From the IMG/VR virus record IMGVR_UViG_3300016665_000619, positions 1 through 64,000 of that record: a DNA stretch of 64,000 nucleotides. One strand, written 5' to 3'. Position 1 is the first letter of the stretch; each line of letters opens with the position of its first letter. The notes beneath the pieces are model-generated. The model ran no database searches. It saw only the letters and a list, made by a program, of their open reading frames with translations, and was not told the origin of the DNA. Position numbers and translations under genes: made by a program. The DNA is from a virus. This document shows positions 18,059 through 28,800 of this stretch, one piece after another.

Positions 18059-18759
18059 CTTTCCTCGTCCTCGGGATCATCGGGACGCACATCGATTTTT
18101 GACCATGTATTTGGTCTTTCTTTTGATTTCACAAAGAAATTTGATTTTACATAACCGCATAGATAACCACGACACATATCAGGTCTTTCCTGATAAATAT
18201 TGCACATACCATTTAGGTTATTTAAGAATTTACAAGCAAAATGCGGACCTTCAATTTGCATTCTCATAATTGGATAGGATTCTTTTTTTTCAAAAATTTC
18301 ATGACCTTTAAAGAAATTTCTTCCAATCAATACACCTTCTTCATAGTCAATCACTATATCTTGGCGTGTCACATTGATTCCACGCTTTTTAAACCATTCA
18401 ACAATTTTCTTAATCCACTTTTCATCTAATGGTCCAAGAACGTGCTCTAGCTGATCTGGATTTAATCTACAACACATAGCTTTAGTTCCAGGTATGCCAC
18501 AACAATTGGAAAGACAAGTTTCCATAGCCTTTTTATCTGTCCAATGTTCTCTTTGGGAATTTGGCTTTGGAGGATGCATATCCATGTGATTAAGATATAC
18601 TACAGGAAGATAAAATCGATTTTCTTTCTTGAGTTCTCTTAATTCTTCTTTTGAAACGTTTTGTTTCTTATGGTCAGAATCCAAAACAATATCTTTTTCT
18701 GCATCTTGTTCATACAAGTCTTCAATTGATATTGTTCTTACTGTTTTAGTTGTAGTCAT
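18055..18759 (-). CDS. YkgJ/CxxCxxCC-family Zn/Fe-cluster protein
   Basis: C...CC...CC and CKFL....GMCNIYQERPDMCRGYLC. Confidence 0.8.
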   Translation of the reverse strand: MTTTKTVRTISIEDLYEQDAEKDIVLDSDHKKQNVSKEELRELKKENRFYLPVVYLNHMDMHPPKPNSQREHWTDKKAMETCLSNCCGIPGTKAMCCRLNPDQLEHVLGPLDEKWIKKIVEWFKKRGINVTRQDIVIDYEEGVLIGRNFFKGHEIFEKKESYPIMRMQIEGPHFACKFLNNLNGMCNIYQERPDMCRGYLCGYVKSNFFVKSKERPNTWSKIDVRPDDPEDEER

Positions 18760-18813
18760 AATGTCGATTACTATTTATAAAAGCATATACTATCATTAAA
18801 GAAAGATATACCC

Positions 18814-21135
18814 ATGTCCAATATTCGCAAAGAGTATTCAGAATATAAACACTTTAAAGAGCAAATTTTTATAGAAGCCGCAGAGACGTGGACTGAAGAA
18901 AACGTTATATTGATTAATGAAAGACTTAATCGTAATGCTATCTACCGTTTGAACTCTTCAATTCAAAGATTTGATAACAAGTTTGGACCATATCGTGATA
19001 AGTTGCCAGCTATAGCAAAAATCCTTAATGATGCAGAAAATGGTCTTCATCTTGTTATAACAGGCAAAATTGGTTCACGTTCGGCAGCTCATATGCTTCA
19101 GCGTATGAGTATCATGTATAATATATTATCTAACTTTTTCAGTAATGATATTAAAGCACTTTTAAGAACTCCAGCTTTTCGCATAGCGTTAGCACAAGGA
19201 GATACAAAGATTAATGAAATATCTGACGAGAAGCATGATATTAAAGCAATTAAAAGATCGATGGCAGCCGCTTTAAAACCAAACGATCAAGAAAGAACCT
19301 TGTTTAGACGTGCATATAAAAGCTTTGATATGCCAAATCTAGATTGGAATGAAGCTGCAAAACAATTATGTTGTTTGTCTTGCAATGAGTTGCAAGAATT
19401 GGCTGGGATTGAAACTGTTCCAATGGTTGTTAACGATACCGAAGAATCAGGAATGAGTGAAGCAGGAGCGGCAAGAACTGCTGCTGCTGTTGGTGGGACT
19501 GTTTTGGGTTCTGCTGTTGCTGGGGCTGTTACAGCAGGTATTGCCGCCGGTAAAGGTTTAACAGGGCGCTTTTCCGGTCCAACTCCTCAAGACATTGCGG
19601 AAATGAATAAATATCTAAAAAAAATTGAAAATGTAATTCCGAATGTTCCGGAAACTGCTAATCTAATCAAAGGATTAAAAGCTTTAGAAGCAAATATTAA
19701 AAAAGCAGAATCAGGCGCTAAATTTGCTGGATGGAACCCTTTAAGAAACCCTACTCAACGTGCCATATCTCAAGGAAAACAATTGATAGATATATTTGAG
19801 AAATTGGGTCAAACATGGAATGCCGCTAAAGGTAAGTATAAAGAACCTTTAACAGATGAAGATATTAACAATATTCAGAAGTTATTAACAACACAGGTTA
19901 ATAGTGTAGGACAAAAACTTGGGCGTCTTTTTAAAACCAATTTACCACCAGGTTTAACCGCTAAAGATATAATAAATGGACTAGTAGCTTTGGCAAAAAA
20001 ATCATCTGAAGAAACCCCACAAACACAAGAACCGGTTAAAGAAAATGCATTAACTAAACTTTTTGCAGAAATGCCAAATAAAACCATGTTGTCTGAAAGT
20101 TTAAAATATCAATTTAACTTATTGCATGAGTTTGAAACATACGTTGAAAAAATTGCATTAACTGAGGGTTTTGAAGATTTAGATAACATATTAAGCAATT
20201 TTGCTTCGATTAAAACAAATATAGATGATAAGTTAGAAAAACAAGAAATAAATGCACCTTCTGAAACAACGGCAGATGTTCAACCTGTTCGTTCTAGTCC
20301 TACTAAAAAAGCAGTAGATGATCCATCTAAAGCAGCCGAAACAGAAGCAGCTAAAGAAAATGATATTGCATCCGAAGATATTGATACAGCTATAGGTGCC
20401 GTTACAAGAGCAACCGAACAAGAAATTGGAAAAGATAGATTAGATGCATTAAATAAAGCGATTGCAGATTTGCAAATTCCAAATGTCAATGATGCTGCTA
20501 GTGCTAGTAAGTTTTTAACAACCTATAAATCTTTATTGACTAAAGATATTGAGATTGGAAATCTTATAAACATTCTTGCAAGCAATGTTCAACAATCAGG
20601 AAACATTCAAGAACAAAGAAGCATTGCAATAAACATTATAAAAAGAATAATATTGGAACAGCCAATATCTTTAAGAACGGCGGAGGCAGAAATTCAACAA
20701 AAGCGAGCACCAGAAAGGGAACTTGAAAAAAGAATTAATAGAAATCCAATGTCTAAAGCCACAATTGCAACAAATAAACCGAAAACATTAACAACGAAAC
20801 CGGTTGAAGTAACAGCGAATTCATTGAAACAAGCAGCAACAAATGCTAATACGGTAGAAAAAAATCCGCAAGCTGTTTCGGCTGTAGATTCTCAAATAAA
20901 AGCTCTAGAAATACCAGGAATAAATGATGTTGCTTCAGTTGTTAAGTTTGTAAACGATTATATTTCCGTTGTAGGAAAAATGAAAGAAATCAAAGAGTTG
21001 TTGGCAATGCTTAAAAATGTGTCTGACGTAAAGAAGTATCCTAAAGTTGCAGAGCAGACGCAAGCAACAACAACTACAAGTTCTGCACCAGCATCAACTC
21101 AAACGTCGGTTGGTACTGCTGGGACTACAACCTGA
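18814..21135 (+). CDS. large hypothetical protein, possible internal virion protein
   Basis: 773 aa; Gly/Ala hydrophobic segment; internal repeat (LQIPNVNDAASASKF / LEIPGINDVASVVKF); CTATTTA upstream. Confidence 0.75.
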   Translation: MSNIRKEYSEYKHFKEQIFIEAAETWTEENVILINERLNRNAIYRLNSSIQRFDNKFGPYRDKLPAIAKILNDAENGLHLVITGKIGSRSAAHMLQRMSIMYNILSNFFSNDIKALLRTPAFRIALAQGDTKINEISDEKHDIKAIKRSMAAALKPNDQERTLFRRAYKSFDMPNLDWNEAAKQLCCLSCNELQELAGIETVPMVVNDTEESGMSEAGAARTAAAVGGTVLGSAVAGAVTAGIAAGKGLTGRFSGPTPQDIAEMNKYLKKIENVIPNVPETANLIKGLKALEANIKKAESGAKFAGWNPLRNPTQRAISQGKQLIDIFEKLGQTWNAAKGKYKEPLTDEDINNIQKLLTTQVNSVGQKLGRLFKTNLPPGLTAKDIINGLVALAKKSSEETPQTQEPVKENALTKLFAEMPNKTMLSESLKYQFNLLHEFETYVEKIALTEGFEDLDNILSNFASIKTNIDDKLEKQEINAPSETTADVQPVRSSPTKKAVDDPSKAAETEAAKENDIASEDIDTAIGAVTRATEQEIGKDRLDALNKAIADLQIPNVNDAASASKFLTTYKSLLTKDIEIGNLINILASNVQQSGNIQEQRSIAINIIKRIILEQPISLRTAEAEIQQKRAPERELEKRINRNPMSKATIATNKPKTLTTKPVEVTANSLKQAATNANTVEKNPQAVSAVDSQIKALEIPGINDVASVVKFVNDYISVVGKMKEIKELLAMLKNVSDVKKYPKVAEQTQATTTTSSAPASTQTSVGTAGTTT

Positions 21136-22530
21136 TTAGTTAGAGAAATGAACCATGCCGTTGCTTGATAGCAATAACAACATGGTTTTACCAACAATAT
21201 GAAGAGTTGCTAACAAGCTTAAAGTTGGCAACTCTTTCTTTTCTTCTGATAGTCTCTTAATGCCATCATAAATGGCTCTAGAAACGTCTGTAGAGCCTCT
21301 ATCCATCTGAGCTAAGAGAAGGTCTAGGTTTATCATGCCATGGTTTAAAACGGTTTTAACAGCTCTTAATCCATTGTCTAGTTTAACTCTAATGTCATCC
21401 AAGTTATTTGCAGGCATATTAGGAAGATGAATGACGACAGAGTTAGAAACAAGACTTCGTAATCTCTTATCTAATAGATTAACAATATCTTCAACCGGCT
21501 CATTCTGTCTTTTTTCTACAAGATATCTTAGCTGCGATGCTACTGCTGCACCGGAAGCCTTATTTTCAACAACAAGTTCAGCACGATTGCAACGAATCTT
21601 ATCTACGATTGGTATTTCATCATAGTTTAGGAAACATAACCTATCGCCCTTGAGACTTGTTACCGGCATTGTATTACAGCACTTAGCTATGTCAGATATA
21701 ACGTTAATGCTTTCAAGGTCTGGCATTACACGAATAGCAATACAATCAAAGTTGCCTCGTTCTTCATTGGCTTTAAGAGTAGCTACAATCTCTTCAGAAA
21801 ACCCTTGAGCCAATATCATGAGTGGGATTTTGGTTTCACATGATTTGATGAGGATATGTTCTATCTCGGAAGCATCTTCTATAACGCCGTCTATTAAGAT
21901 AACCTTACAGTTAGTGGCTTCCCATTTATCATTAGACTTTAGGAAAAAACGATAAGGATTTACTTTGAAAGAGTGTCCAAGTTTTTGTTCTATGAGGTAG
22001 CTATCTTGCTTTCCATTTTCTATGTAAACTTTACCTTCAAGTCCAGCTAGATTAACTGCTTCCAAAATAACATTAGACAGTATGGAATCATATCCGACAG
22101 ATGCCAATATAGAAGTTTTTATACTTTCTGTGGTAGCAGGGGTTGTAATTCTTTGAATGATATCAGAGAGCTTATCCCTTTCTAATTGGTAGGCTTCCAC
22201 AATGTTAGTTGAGTTTCCTTTTATGTCTTCACCAGCCAATAGGGACTTGCTAAAAGAATTTGCAAATACGAATGAGTTTGGTCCTGCTCCCTGGCTTATC
22301 ACTTCTGTCTGATAAGCTATATTGAATATATGGGAACAGTAAGCACGTTCTAATCTGTCTTTCGGCTGAAGGAGATTGATTATGAAGTGATACGTATCTT
22401 TATTAAGAGAATATAGCTGTTGAGATAGCGATTTCTCTACCTTTTTGTAGATATTTTCAAGGTTTTCGGCGGTATCAAGAAAACTTCTATTGATTATGTT
22501 TTTATTAGCCCATGTAGTTTTGTGTAGCAT
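21136..22530 (-). CDS. divergent GroEL-like chaperonin
   Basis: AVNLAGLEGKVYIENGK, PLMILAQGFSEEIVATLKAN, VISDIA, LDKRLRSL, LDNGLRAVK all follow the GroEL order; GDGTT motif missing. Confidence 0.75.
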   Translation of the reverse strand: MLHKTTWANKNIINRSFLDTAENLENIYKKVEKSLSQQLYSLNKDTYHFIINLLQPKDRLERAYCSHIFNIAYQTEVISQGAGPNSFVFANSFSKSLLAGEDIKGNSTNIVEAYQLERDKLSDIIQRITTPATTESIKTSILASVGYDSILSNVILEAVNLAGLEGKVYIENGKQDSYLIEQKLGHSFKVNPYRFFLKSNDKWEATNCKVILIDGVIEDASEIEHILIKSCETKIPLMILAQGFSEEIVATLKANEERGNFDCIAIRVMPDLESINVISDIAKCCNTMPVTSLKGDRLCFLNYDEIPIVDKIRCNRAELVVENKASGAAVASQLRYLVEKRQNEPVEDIVNLLDKRLRSLVSNSVVIHLPNMPANNLDDIRVKLDNGLRAVKTVLNHGMINLDLLLAQMDRGSTDVSRAIYDGIKRLSEEKKELPTLSLLATLHIVGKTMLLLLSSNGMVHFSN

Positions 22531-22580
22531 ATTTATATGAGGTGGTTTGTAAGTTAAAAGCTTAAGGGGAAGGTGTCTTT

Positions 22581-23135
22581 ATGTCTGATAACGAAAATAC
22601 GTCAGTTGAAAGAGTCAAATTAGAGATGCTTGAAACTCTTCTCAAAGGCATCAGTGAGAAGCTTCATAAGGCAGAAGTTTTGAATGGTGGCTTTGATCGT
22701 TTACAGGGAGATATGGCATCTCTCCGTGAACACGTTGGAGAAATTCGCACAGAAGTTCTTAAAGTTAACGTAGAGCTTTCCCATGTAAGAGAACAAAGTG
22801 GTGAATTCAAGAAAGATTTAGCTCGTATTGATGAAGCCATCTATCATCCAGACAATGGGATCTATAAGAGAATTCATCGTTCAAGTGATATTGAAGAATT
22901 ACGTGATCGTAAAATAGATAAAGCACTTGAAAAGATAGACACAGTTCAAAACGCTATTGCGCCTATCCAAGTTACAGAACAGAACTTAAAGAAGATAGCT
23001 GGAGATGATCTTAAAGAGCTAACCACAATTGTTAAGACTCGTCAGAATATTGATCGCATATTTTGGATTTTGCTTACAGCAGTTCTTGGTGGAGCAGGTA
23101 AATTCATATGGGATGCCTTGGTTTCTAATGGTTGA
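22581..23135 (+). CDS. coiled-coil protein with C-terminal TM helix
   Basis: Heptad-rich; IFWILLTAVLGGAGKFIW at the C-terminus. Confidence 0.75.
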   Translation: MSDNENTSVERVKLEMLETLLKGISEKLHKAEVLNGGFDRLQGDMASLREHVGEIRTEVLKVNVELSHVREQSGEFKKDLARIDEAIYHPDNGIYKRIHRSSDIEELRDRKIDKALEKIDTVQNAIAPIQVTEQNLKKIAGDDLKELTTIVKTRQNIDRIFWILLTAVLGGAGKFIWDALVSNG

Positions 23136-23211
23136 TTTTTAGACAAACATAATTTGCCCCAATAAATTACGAAAATAAAACAGCAACATATATATTGTTG
23201 AGGAGTAATTT

Positions 23212-23442
23212 ATGAGCGAAACACCAAAAACCGCAGAAGAAATCCTTGCAGCTTGGGCTGACCTTCGTGTAAGCCTTGAAGAATTGGACAAGGATCTAAC
23301 AAAGAATTTGACTAAAGGAAACGTTGCAGCCGGTCGCAGAGCACGTGCAGGATTCCGTGCCCTTAAGAAAGCAGCAACCGAGATCATGAAAGATATGGTT
23401 GCACTTGAGAAAGTAGCTGCCACTTCAGAAGAAAAAGGCTGA
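23212..23442 (+). CDS. histone H1-like (Hc1-family) DNA-binding protein
   Basis: KGNVAAGRRARAGFRALKKAA matches the GNxAAGxRARK signature; GAGGAG RBS. Confidence 0.75.
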   Translation: MSETPKTAEEILAAWADLRVSLEELDKDLTKNLTKGNVAAGRRARAGFRALKKAATEIMKDMVALEKVAATSEEKG

Positions 23443-23447
23443 TAATA

Positions 23448-23810
23448 ATGGGACTATTTAAAGGTCTTGATGAAAAGCCATATACAAAGGCTGACTACTA
23501 TCGTGAAATGGAAGAAAGAGCGGCTGCAAAAAGAGCAGCTTTAGCCACTCCAGTTGTAGTTGCGCCAGTAAAAGATCCTGAATGGCTAGAACCTGAAAAT
23601 GTTACTATAACAGAATTAACAACAAACATAACAGAAGAAGTTGTTATTCCTTTTATGGAACCTTCAGTTGCTCAAATAAAAATGGATTCAGAAAAAGAAG
23701 TTGAAACTGTAGCAAAAGCAATTGATGTTGAACCATCAGATTTTACTTCTGCTGCGCCAAAAGAAGACGTTAAAAAGGTTACGAAAAATAAAAGAAAGAA
23801 GTCTGGATGA
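23448..23810 (+). CDS. hypothetical low-complexity protein
   Basis: In the operon; ATGA-coupled to phoH. Confidence 0.7.
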   Translation: MGLFKGLDEKPYTKADYYREMEERAAAKRAALATPVVVAPVKDPEWLEPENVTITELTTNITEEVVIPFMEPSVAQIKMDSEKEVETVAKAIDVEPSDFTSAAPKEDVKKVTKNKRKKSG

Positions 23811-25192
23811 AAACACTTATATTGGACACCAACGTCCTACTAACCGATCCCGATAGTTTATACGCTTTTGAAGAAAACGAGATTATTCTTCCGTTCACAA
23901 CAATAGAAGAACTTGATAAAATTAAAAGCCGCACAAACGAAGTTGGTGCCAATGCCCGTGAGGTAGCCAGACGCCTTTCGGAAATGATTACAGATAATGA
24001 GCAGGGTGCCCTTAAACGTGGCGTTCCATTACCTTCTGGTGGCACCCTCCGCCTTGTAGCCATAAGCGATTTCGTCTTTGATGAAGATGAAAAGTTTGGA
24101 AGAGATTGGGATGCTTCCAATAAGGATAACCACATTCTTGATGTATGCCGTGGTTTAACCAAACAACATCGTGAAGAAGGTAAACCAGATCCTATTCTTG
24201 TAAGCCGTGACATTCTATTGCGTGTTAAGTGTGATTTCCTTGGTATTCCATGTGAAGATTATAAGAATGCTCACATAACAGAAAATGTAAATAGTCTTTA
24301 TACCGGTTCCACTCTTATCGATGTTGGAGAAGAAGATATACAAGAATACTGGGAATGCTCTGAAGATCCAAATAAGGAATATCATCTTGAGTTTGATCCA
24401 GAGTTGGCTGAAGAATTGGTTCCAAATCAGTTTTTAGTCTTACAAGATCCAAACAGCGATGATGAACCAGCAGTTCGTTATATTGGCAAAGATGAGCCTC
24501 TTAAGATTGTTCATGATGTAAAGGCACCAGTTTATGGTCTTTTGCCAAGAAATAAAGAACAAAATTTGGCTATTGATTTGCTAACTGATCCAGATGTTAA
24601 ACTTGTAACATTGCTCGGCTTTGCTGGAACAGGTAAGACTTTGATTTCTCTAGCTGCTGGTCTTAATCAGGTAATTGAGAAGAAGCGTTATAAGAAACTA
24701 TTCATTTGTCGTCCGGTTGTTCCTGTCGGCAATGATATTGGTTTCCTTCCAGGCACCAAGGAAGAGAAGTTAGAGCCATGGATTGCGCCTATCAAGGACA
24801 ATCTTCGTTATCTACTATTCTCCAGCACAGGCGGAAGAAAGTCAAAGAACAATGAAATGACCTTCAATCAGTTCTTTGAAGATGGATTTATTGAAATAGA
24901 AGCTATTACATATCTTCGTGGTCGTTCTATTTCAGATGCTTATATCATTATCGATGAAGCACAGAATTTAACTGCTCACGAACTTAAGACCATTATTACT
25001 CGTGTAGGCGAAAACACAAAGATTGTTCTTACTGGCGACATTGATCAGATTGATAATATGTATATTGATGCCAAGAGCAATGGTTTAACCATAGCTATTG
25101 AGAAGTTCAAGAAGTATAAGATTGCTGGTCATATGAGATTAATGAAGGGTGAGCGTTCAGAGTTGGCAACCCTTGCAAGTTCCGTATTGTGA
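23807..25192 (+). CDS. phoH: PIN-PhoH (PhoH2-type) protein
   Basis: ILDTNVLL PIN; GFAGTGKT; IGFLPG.KEEKL.PW; YLRGRS; IDEAQN; GDIDQID. Confidence 0.93.
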   Translation: MKTLILDTNVLLTDPDSLYAFEENEIILPFTTIEELDKIKSRTNEVGANAREVARRLSEMITDNEQGALKRGVPLPSGGTLRLVAISDFVFDEDEKFGRDWDASNKDNHILDVCRGLTKQHREEGKPDPILVSRDILLRVKCDFLGIPCEDYKNAHITENVNSLYTGSTLIDVGEEDIQEYWECSEDPNKEYHLEFDPELAEELVPNQFLVLQDPNSDDEPAVRYIGKDEPLKIVHDVKAPVYGLLPRNKEQNLAIDLLTDPDVKLVTLLGFAGTGKTLISLAAGLNQVIEKKRYKKLFICRPVVPVGNDIGFLPGTKEEKLEPWIAPIKDNLRYLLFSSTGGRKSKNNEMTFNQFFEDGFIEIEAITYLRGRSISDAYIIIDEAQNLTAHELKTIITRVGENTKIVLTGDIDQIDNMYIDAKSNGLTIAIEKFKKYKIAGHMRLMKGERSELATLASSVL

Positions 25193-25220
25193 TTTAGAAT
25201 TTAACTGATAATTACAGAAT

Positions 25221-25958
25221 GTGGCAAACGATAAATACATTAAAAATCGTAATCAATGGAGAAAGTCCTATCCAGTAGGAATTCCTCGTAGACCACCTGT
25301 AATCATTACTGAGACTAAACTTGGCTCTGACGGCAATACGTATACAACCACTCTTGACTTGAATCAAACGATTCGTCATAGAGATGTATATAAGCTGCTT
25401 GGCGATACTAACGATATTGCTAATTTACTTGGGGAATATGATGAAGATTTGATTCATTTCAATAACGAATCTTACAAGTCATTTTCATTTAATTTTACAT
25501 TCAGTTCAAATCCAACTGTTGTTTTCTCGCAAGGAACTGCTGATATAGCACAACCTAATACAGAAAACGTTAACATATTTGGGATAAGCAGAACCACTTC
25601 GGGTGGCGTTGTAGCCCTTTCTGCTCCATACTCTGGAACAATCCGTTATAGGGCGGCATATGCATCATCATATCCAAGTTATTTTACTGGTTCTATTGCC
25701 TCTATCGCTCCAACGGCAGGAGTATTTATTGGTAGCGTAGACAGAGAAGTTCCAGATAATGAAAGTTATGTAACCGCAAGCTGGGCGCCGCTCGCTTCGG
25801 CTGGTCCAGCCATATTCCAATCTCCTTATGATGATAACTCAAACTTTGATGGTAACGTTGCATTGGAAACAAAGTATGGAACATTAAATGGTTCTGGAGA
25901 AATTATAGAAATTTCTGCTCCAATGAGCAGTTCAATTTATATCTTGGCAGTTCAGTAA
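25221..25958 (+). CDS. putative virion structural protein
   Basis: Ser/Thr/Gly- and beta-rich; heads the fibre gene block. Confidence 0.65.
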   Translation: MANDKYIKNRNQWRKSYPVGIPRRPPVIITETKLGSDGNTYTTTLDLNQTIRHRDVYKLLGDTNDIANLLGEYDEDLIHFNNESYKSFSFNFTFSSNPTVVFSQGTADIAQPNTENVNIFGISRTTSGGVVALSAPYSGTIRYRAAYASSYPSYFTGSIASIAPTAGVFIGSVDREVPDNESYVTASWAPLASAGPAIFQSPYDDNSNFDGNVALETKYGTLNGSGEIIEISAPMSSSIYILAVQ

Positions 25959-25998
25959 TGCATCAGAGAGATATTTAATGAAGAAATAGAGATTAACC

Positions 25999-28800
25999 AT
26001 GCCAATTGACTTTAGAGCATCCCAAATACAAACTAATAAGATAATAGCTTCTGGTTCCACGGGAACCGAAACAGGAGCTCAAATAGTAGTCTATTCTCAT
26101 TTGGCAGATGATGGAACTGCTCCAAATCAAGGTTTTATTAATCAGTCTACATTTATAACCAGTAGTATTGGCACAGATATTTTCCTATATGTTTCTGGTG
26201 GAATTGGGCAAAGAAATGTTGGTAATGCCAAGTCTATTTCTTGTTTCGGTGGCGATGTACATATTTCTGGAAATCTTACTGTAGATGGAACTTATCCATC
26301 AGGTGGTGGAACTGGAACTAATTTTTTCTGGTCCCCATCTAATGCAGTCATAGAGGCTTCTGGTTCACTTACAATAACCGGTTCTGGTTATTTTAAAAAT
26401 GGACTTTCTGGTTCGTTGCAAGCTGTAGCGCCGGGTGTTCCTTATTTGTTAGCTGGTCCAAATATAACAATAGCTACAAATTCTCTTGGACAAGTTTCAA
26501 TAACTGGCAGCGCAAGCGGCGGAGGTGGTTCTTCGTTCTATCGCCTTGAAGTACTTGATTATTATTCTACAAATGCCACTGCCGATACTGTCGCTGGTCA
26601 AGTAATATTTCCGGCACATCAATTTACTGGTTCTATTGTTCTTTACGGGATCATAGCAAATACCAGTCCAACTGCTACGGGTAGCGTAAGACTATATAAC
26701 GTCACAAGCGGTTCATATGTTGAAATCGGTGGCGTTGGCAACGAATACCTTTTTGTTAGTGGCACAACTCCAACAATAGTAACTTCAGTAAATCTTATAT
26801 CTGCAAGTAACTTCAACAGTTCTTCGCAAGCAATATATGAGCTTCAAGTTTCTTCGAGTAACGGTGCTTCTTATGGTATGTTTGGCGGATTTGAGCTAAG
26901 ACCATCTGGAAGTTTTACAGGAGTTACTTATTCAACATCTTCTACATATTACACTTACGTATCAGGAACGTGGGAAGACGGCGGTGATAAGTTAGCTACA
27001 ACATCTTCTGTTGCTATAGCAGGAAATTTAGGAACCGGATATTTTGCAGATGCTATAGGGACAGATGCATATTTCTTTGTATCTGGCGTGCAGGGTGGCA
27101 AAGATGGTGCGGTTCCAGGAGTAGCCGTATTTGGCGGCGATGTTGTAATATCAGGCACACTTCACGGTGGCTCACCTCTTAAGGTCGGTTCTCCGGCACA
27201 GTTCTTTGATGATGTTACCGCTTATTTGAAATTCCAGCAAGGTAATGACGTTTCGGCAACAGGAGATTATTCTCATGCACAAGGACAATATTCTTCGGCA
27301 GAGGGACTTGGTTCACATGCTGAAGGCGGCACTACTACGGCAAGTGGAATGTTTGCTCACGCCGAGGGAAGTCAGAATACAGCATCAGGAGAAGCCTCAC
27401 ATGCAGAAGGCATGAGCACAACATCTTCTGCCAGCGGCTCTCATGCAGAAGGTCAAACAACTGTTGCATCCGGAGACTACTCTCACGCAGAAGGAATGTT
27501 CACTTTTGCACTTGGAGAAGGATCGCACTCAGAAGGCATAGGAACAATTGCTTCTGGTTCAAATCAGCACGTTCAAGGAAAATACAATAAGAGAGATAAT
27601 GATTTCTCCTTATTTGTGATTGGTGATGGAACTGGAGATGATGATTCTGACAGAGGAGATATCGTAAGAGTTAATTCTGGTTCTTCAATTGGAACAGGAA
27701 GAGTTGAAGTAACTGGTTCTCTTGTTGCTACTCTTGGATTAAGTGGATCACTTACAAAACTAAGCGACGGAACATCTTATCTAATTGCTGGAAGCGGAAC
27801 CAACATTGTCACCGGCTCTAATGGCTCTGTTACCATAAGTGCAACTGTTCAAGCAGCACCAACCTTACAACAAGCATATGACGCTGGAATTGCAACAATT
27901 GCTGTTAATAATTTAACTGGATCACTTGTTTTAAGTGGTGGTTTGACACCTATTGGTTTGAATTTCCCTCCTCTTATAAGATTGGAGCCTGGTAAAAATG
28001 GACCATACGCAACTAATTTTAGCGCAATTGACATATACGGTTATTCTGGTGGTTCAAGTGCTTCATTAGTTAATATAGGAACAGCAAACTCCGTTGCTGG
28101 AGGTGCCCAACTTACATTAAGATCAACTGGCGGTTCCGTAAGCAAAATATCTTGGTTCTCTGGCGCAGGCGAACTTTATAACAGCACAGGAAAATCTGAA
28201 ATATATTATCAACCAGATCAAAGTTCATTAAAATTTTATGTTCAAGGCTCTGGAGAAAAAAATGTATTTGTAGATGGCAGTGGCGCTTCAGGAACTGCAA
28301 ATGTAGCAGAATTTATAAACGCTACAGGAACTGGTGGCGGCACAGTTAGATTCTTCACAGGAGCCAATACTTTAAATGCAATAGTATTGAACTCTGGCTC
28401 ATTTGAACAATCTGGTTCATCCGTATTTAAAAATAAAGTTGAAGTAACTGGCTCATTATCTGTAAGTGGTTCCGGAGGAAGTAATGGAACTCTCACTCAA
28501 TATAATGGACTTCGTTATTACCCGAAAATAGTAACATCTCTTCCATATACAGCATCTCTTAATGATTATATTATTGCTATAAGTGCATCTGCTGGACCTG
28601 GCATAGAACTTCCAGCTTCAGAATTTGGCAGAACATTTATAGTTAAAGACGTATCTGGTTCTGCCGCCTTTGATTCAATTGTAGTAACCGCTGCTGGAGG
28701 AGAACAAATAGACGGTTCTCCAAGCGCAACAATAGCTATTGATTATGGTTCTGCTAAATTTGTATATTTTGGTTCTGGAATAGGATGGGGTATAGTCTGA
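25999..28800 (+). CDS. tail fibre/appendage protein with YadA-like (Hep/Hag-type) SHAEG repeats
   Basis: ~8 tandem 14-aa 'ASG.ASHAEG..T.' repeats; many SGS/TGS motifs. Confidence 0.8.
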   Translation: MPIDFRASQIQTNKIIASGSTGTETGAQIVVYSHLADDGTAPNQGFINQSTFITSSIGTDIFLYVSGGIGQRNVGNAKSISCFGGDVHISGNLTVDGTYPSGGGTGTNFFWSPSNAVIEASGSLTITGSGYFKNGLSGSLQAVAPGVPYLLAGPNITIATNSLGQVSITGSASGGGGSSFYRLEVLDYYSTNATADTVAGQVIFPAHQFTGSIVLYGIIANTSPTATGSVRLYNVTSGSYVEIGGVGNEYLFVSGTTPTIVTSVNLISASNFNSSSQAIYELQVSSSNGASYGMFGGFELRPSGSFTGVTYSTSSTYYTYVSGTWEDGGDKLATTSSVAIAGNLGTGYFADAIGTDAYFFVSGVQGGKDGAVPGVAVFGGDVVISGTLHGGSPLKVGSPAQFFDDVTAYLKFQQGNDVSATGDYSHAQGQYSSAEGLGSHAEGGTTTASGMFAHAEGSQNTASGEASHAEGMSTTSSASGSHAEGQTTVASGDYSHAEGMFTFALGEGSHSEGIGTIASGSNQHVQGKYNKRDNDFSLFVIGDGTGDDDSDRGDIVRVNSGSSIGTGRVEVTGSLVATLGLSGSLTKLSDGTSYLIAGSGTNIVTGSNGSVTISATVQAAPTLQQAYDAGIATIAVNNLTGSLVLSGGLTPIGLNFPPLIRLEPGKNGPYATNFSAIDIYGYSGGSSASLVNIGTANSVAGGAQLTLRSTGGSVSKISWFSGAGELYNSTGKSEIYYQPDQSSLKFYVQGSGEKNVFVDGSGASGTANVAEFINATGTGGGTVRFFTGANTLNAIVLNSGSFEQSGSSVFKNKVEVTGSLSVSGSGGSNGTLTQYNGLRYYPKIVTSLPYTASLNDYIIAISASAGPGIELPASEFGRTFIVKDVSGSAAFDSIVVTAAGGEQIDGSPSATIAIDYGSAKFVYFGSGIGWGIV

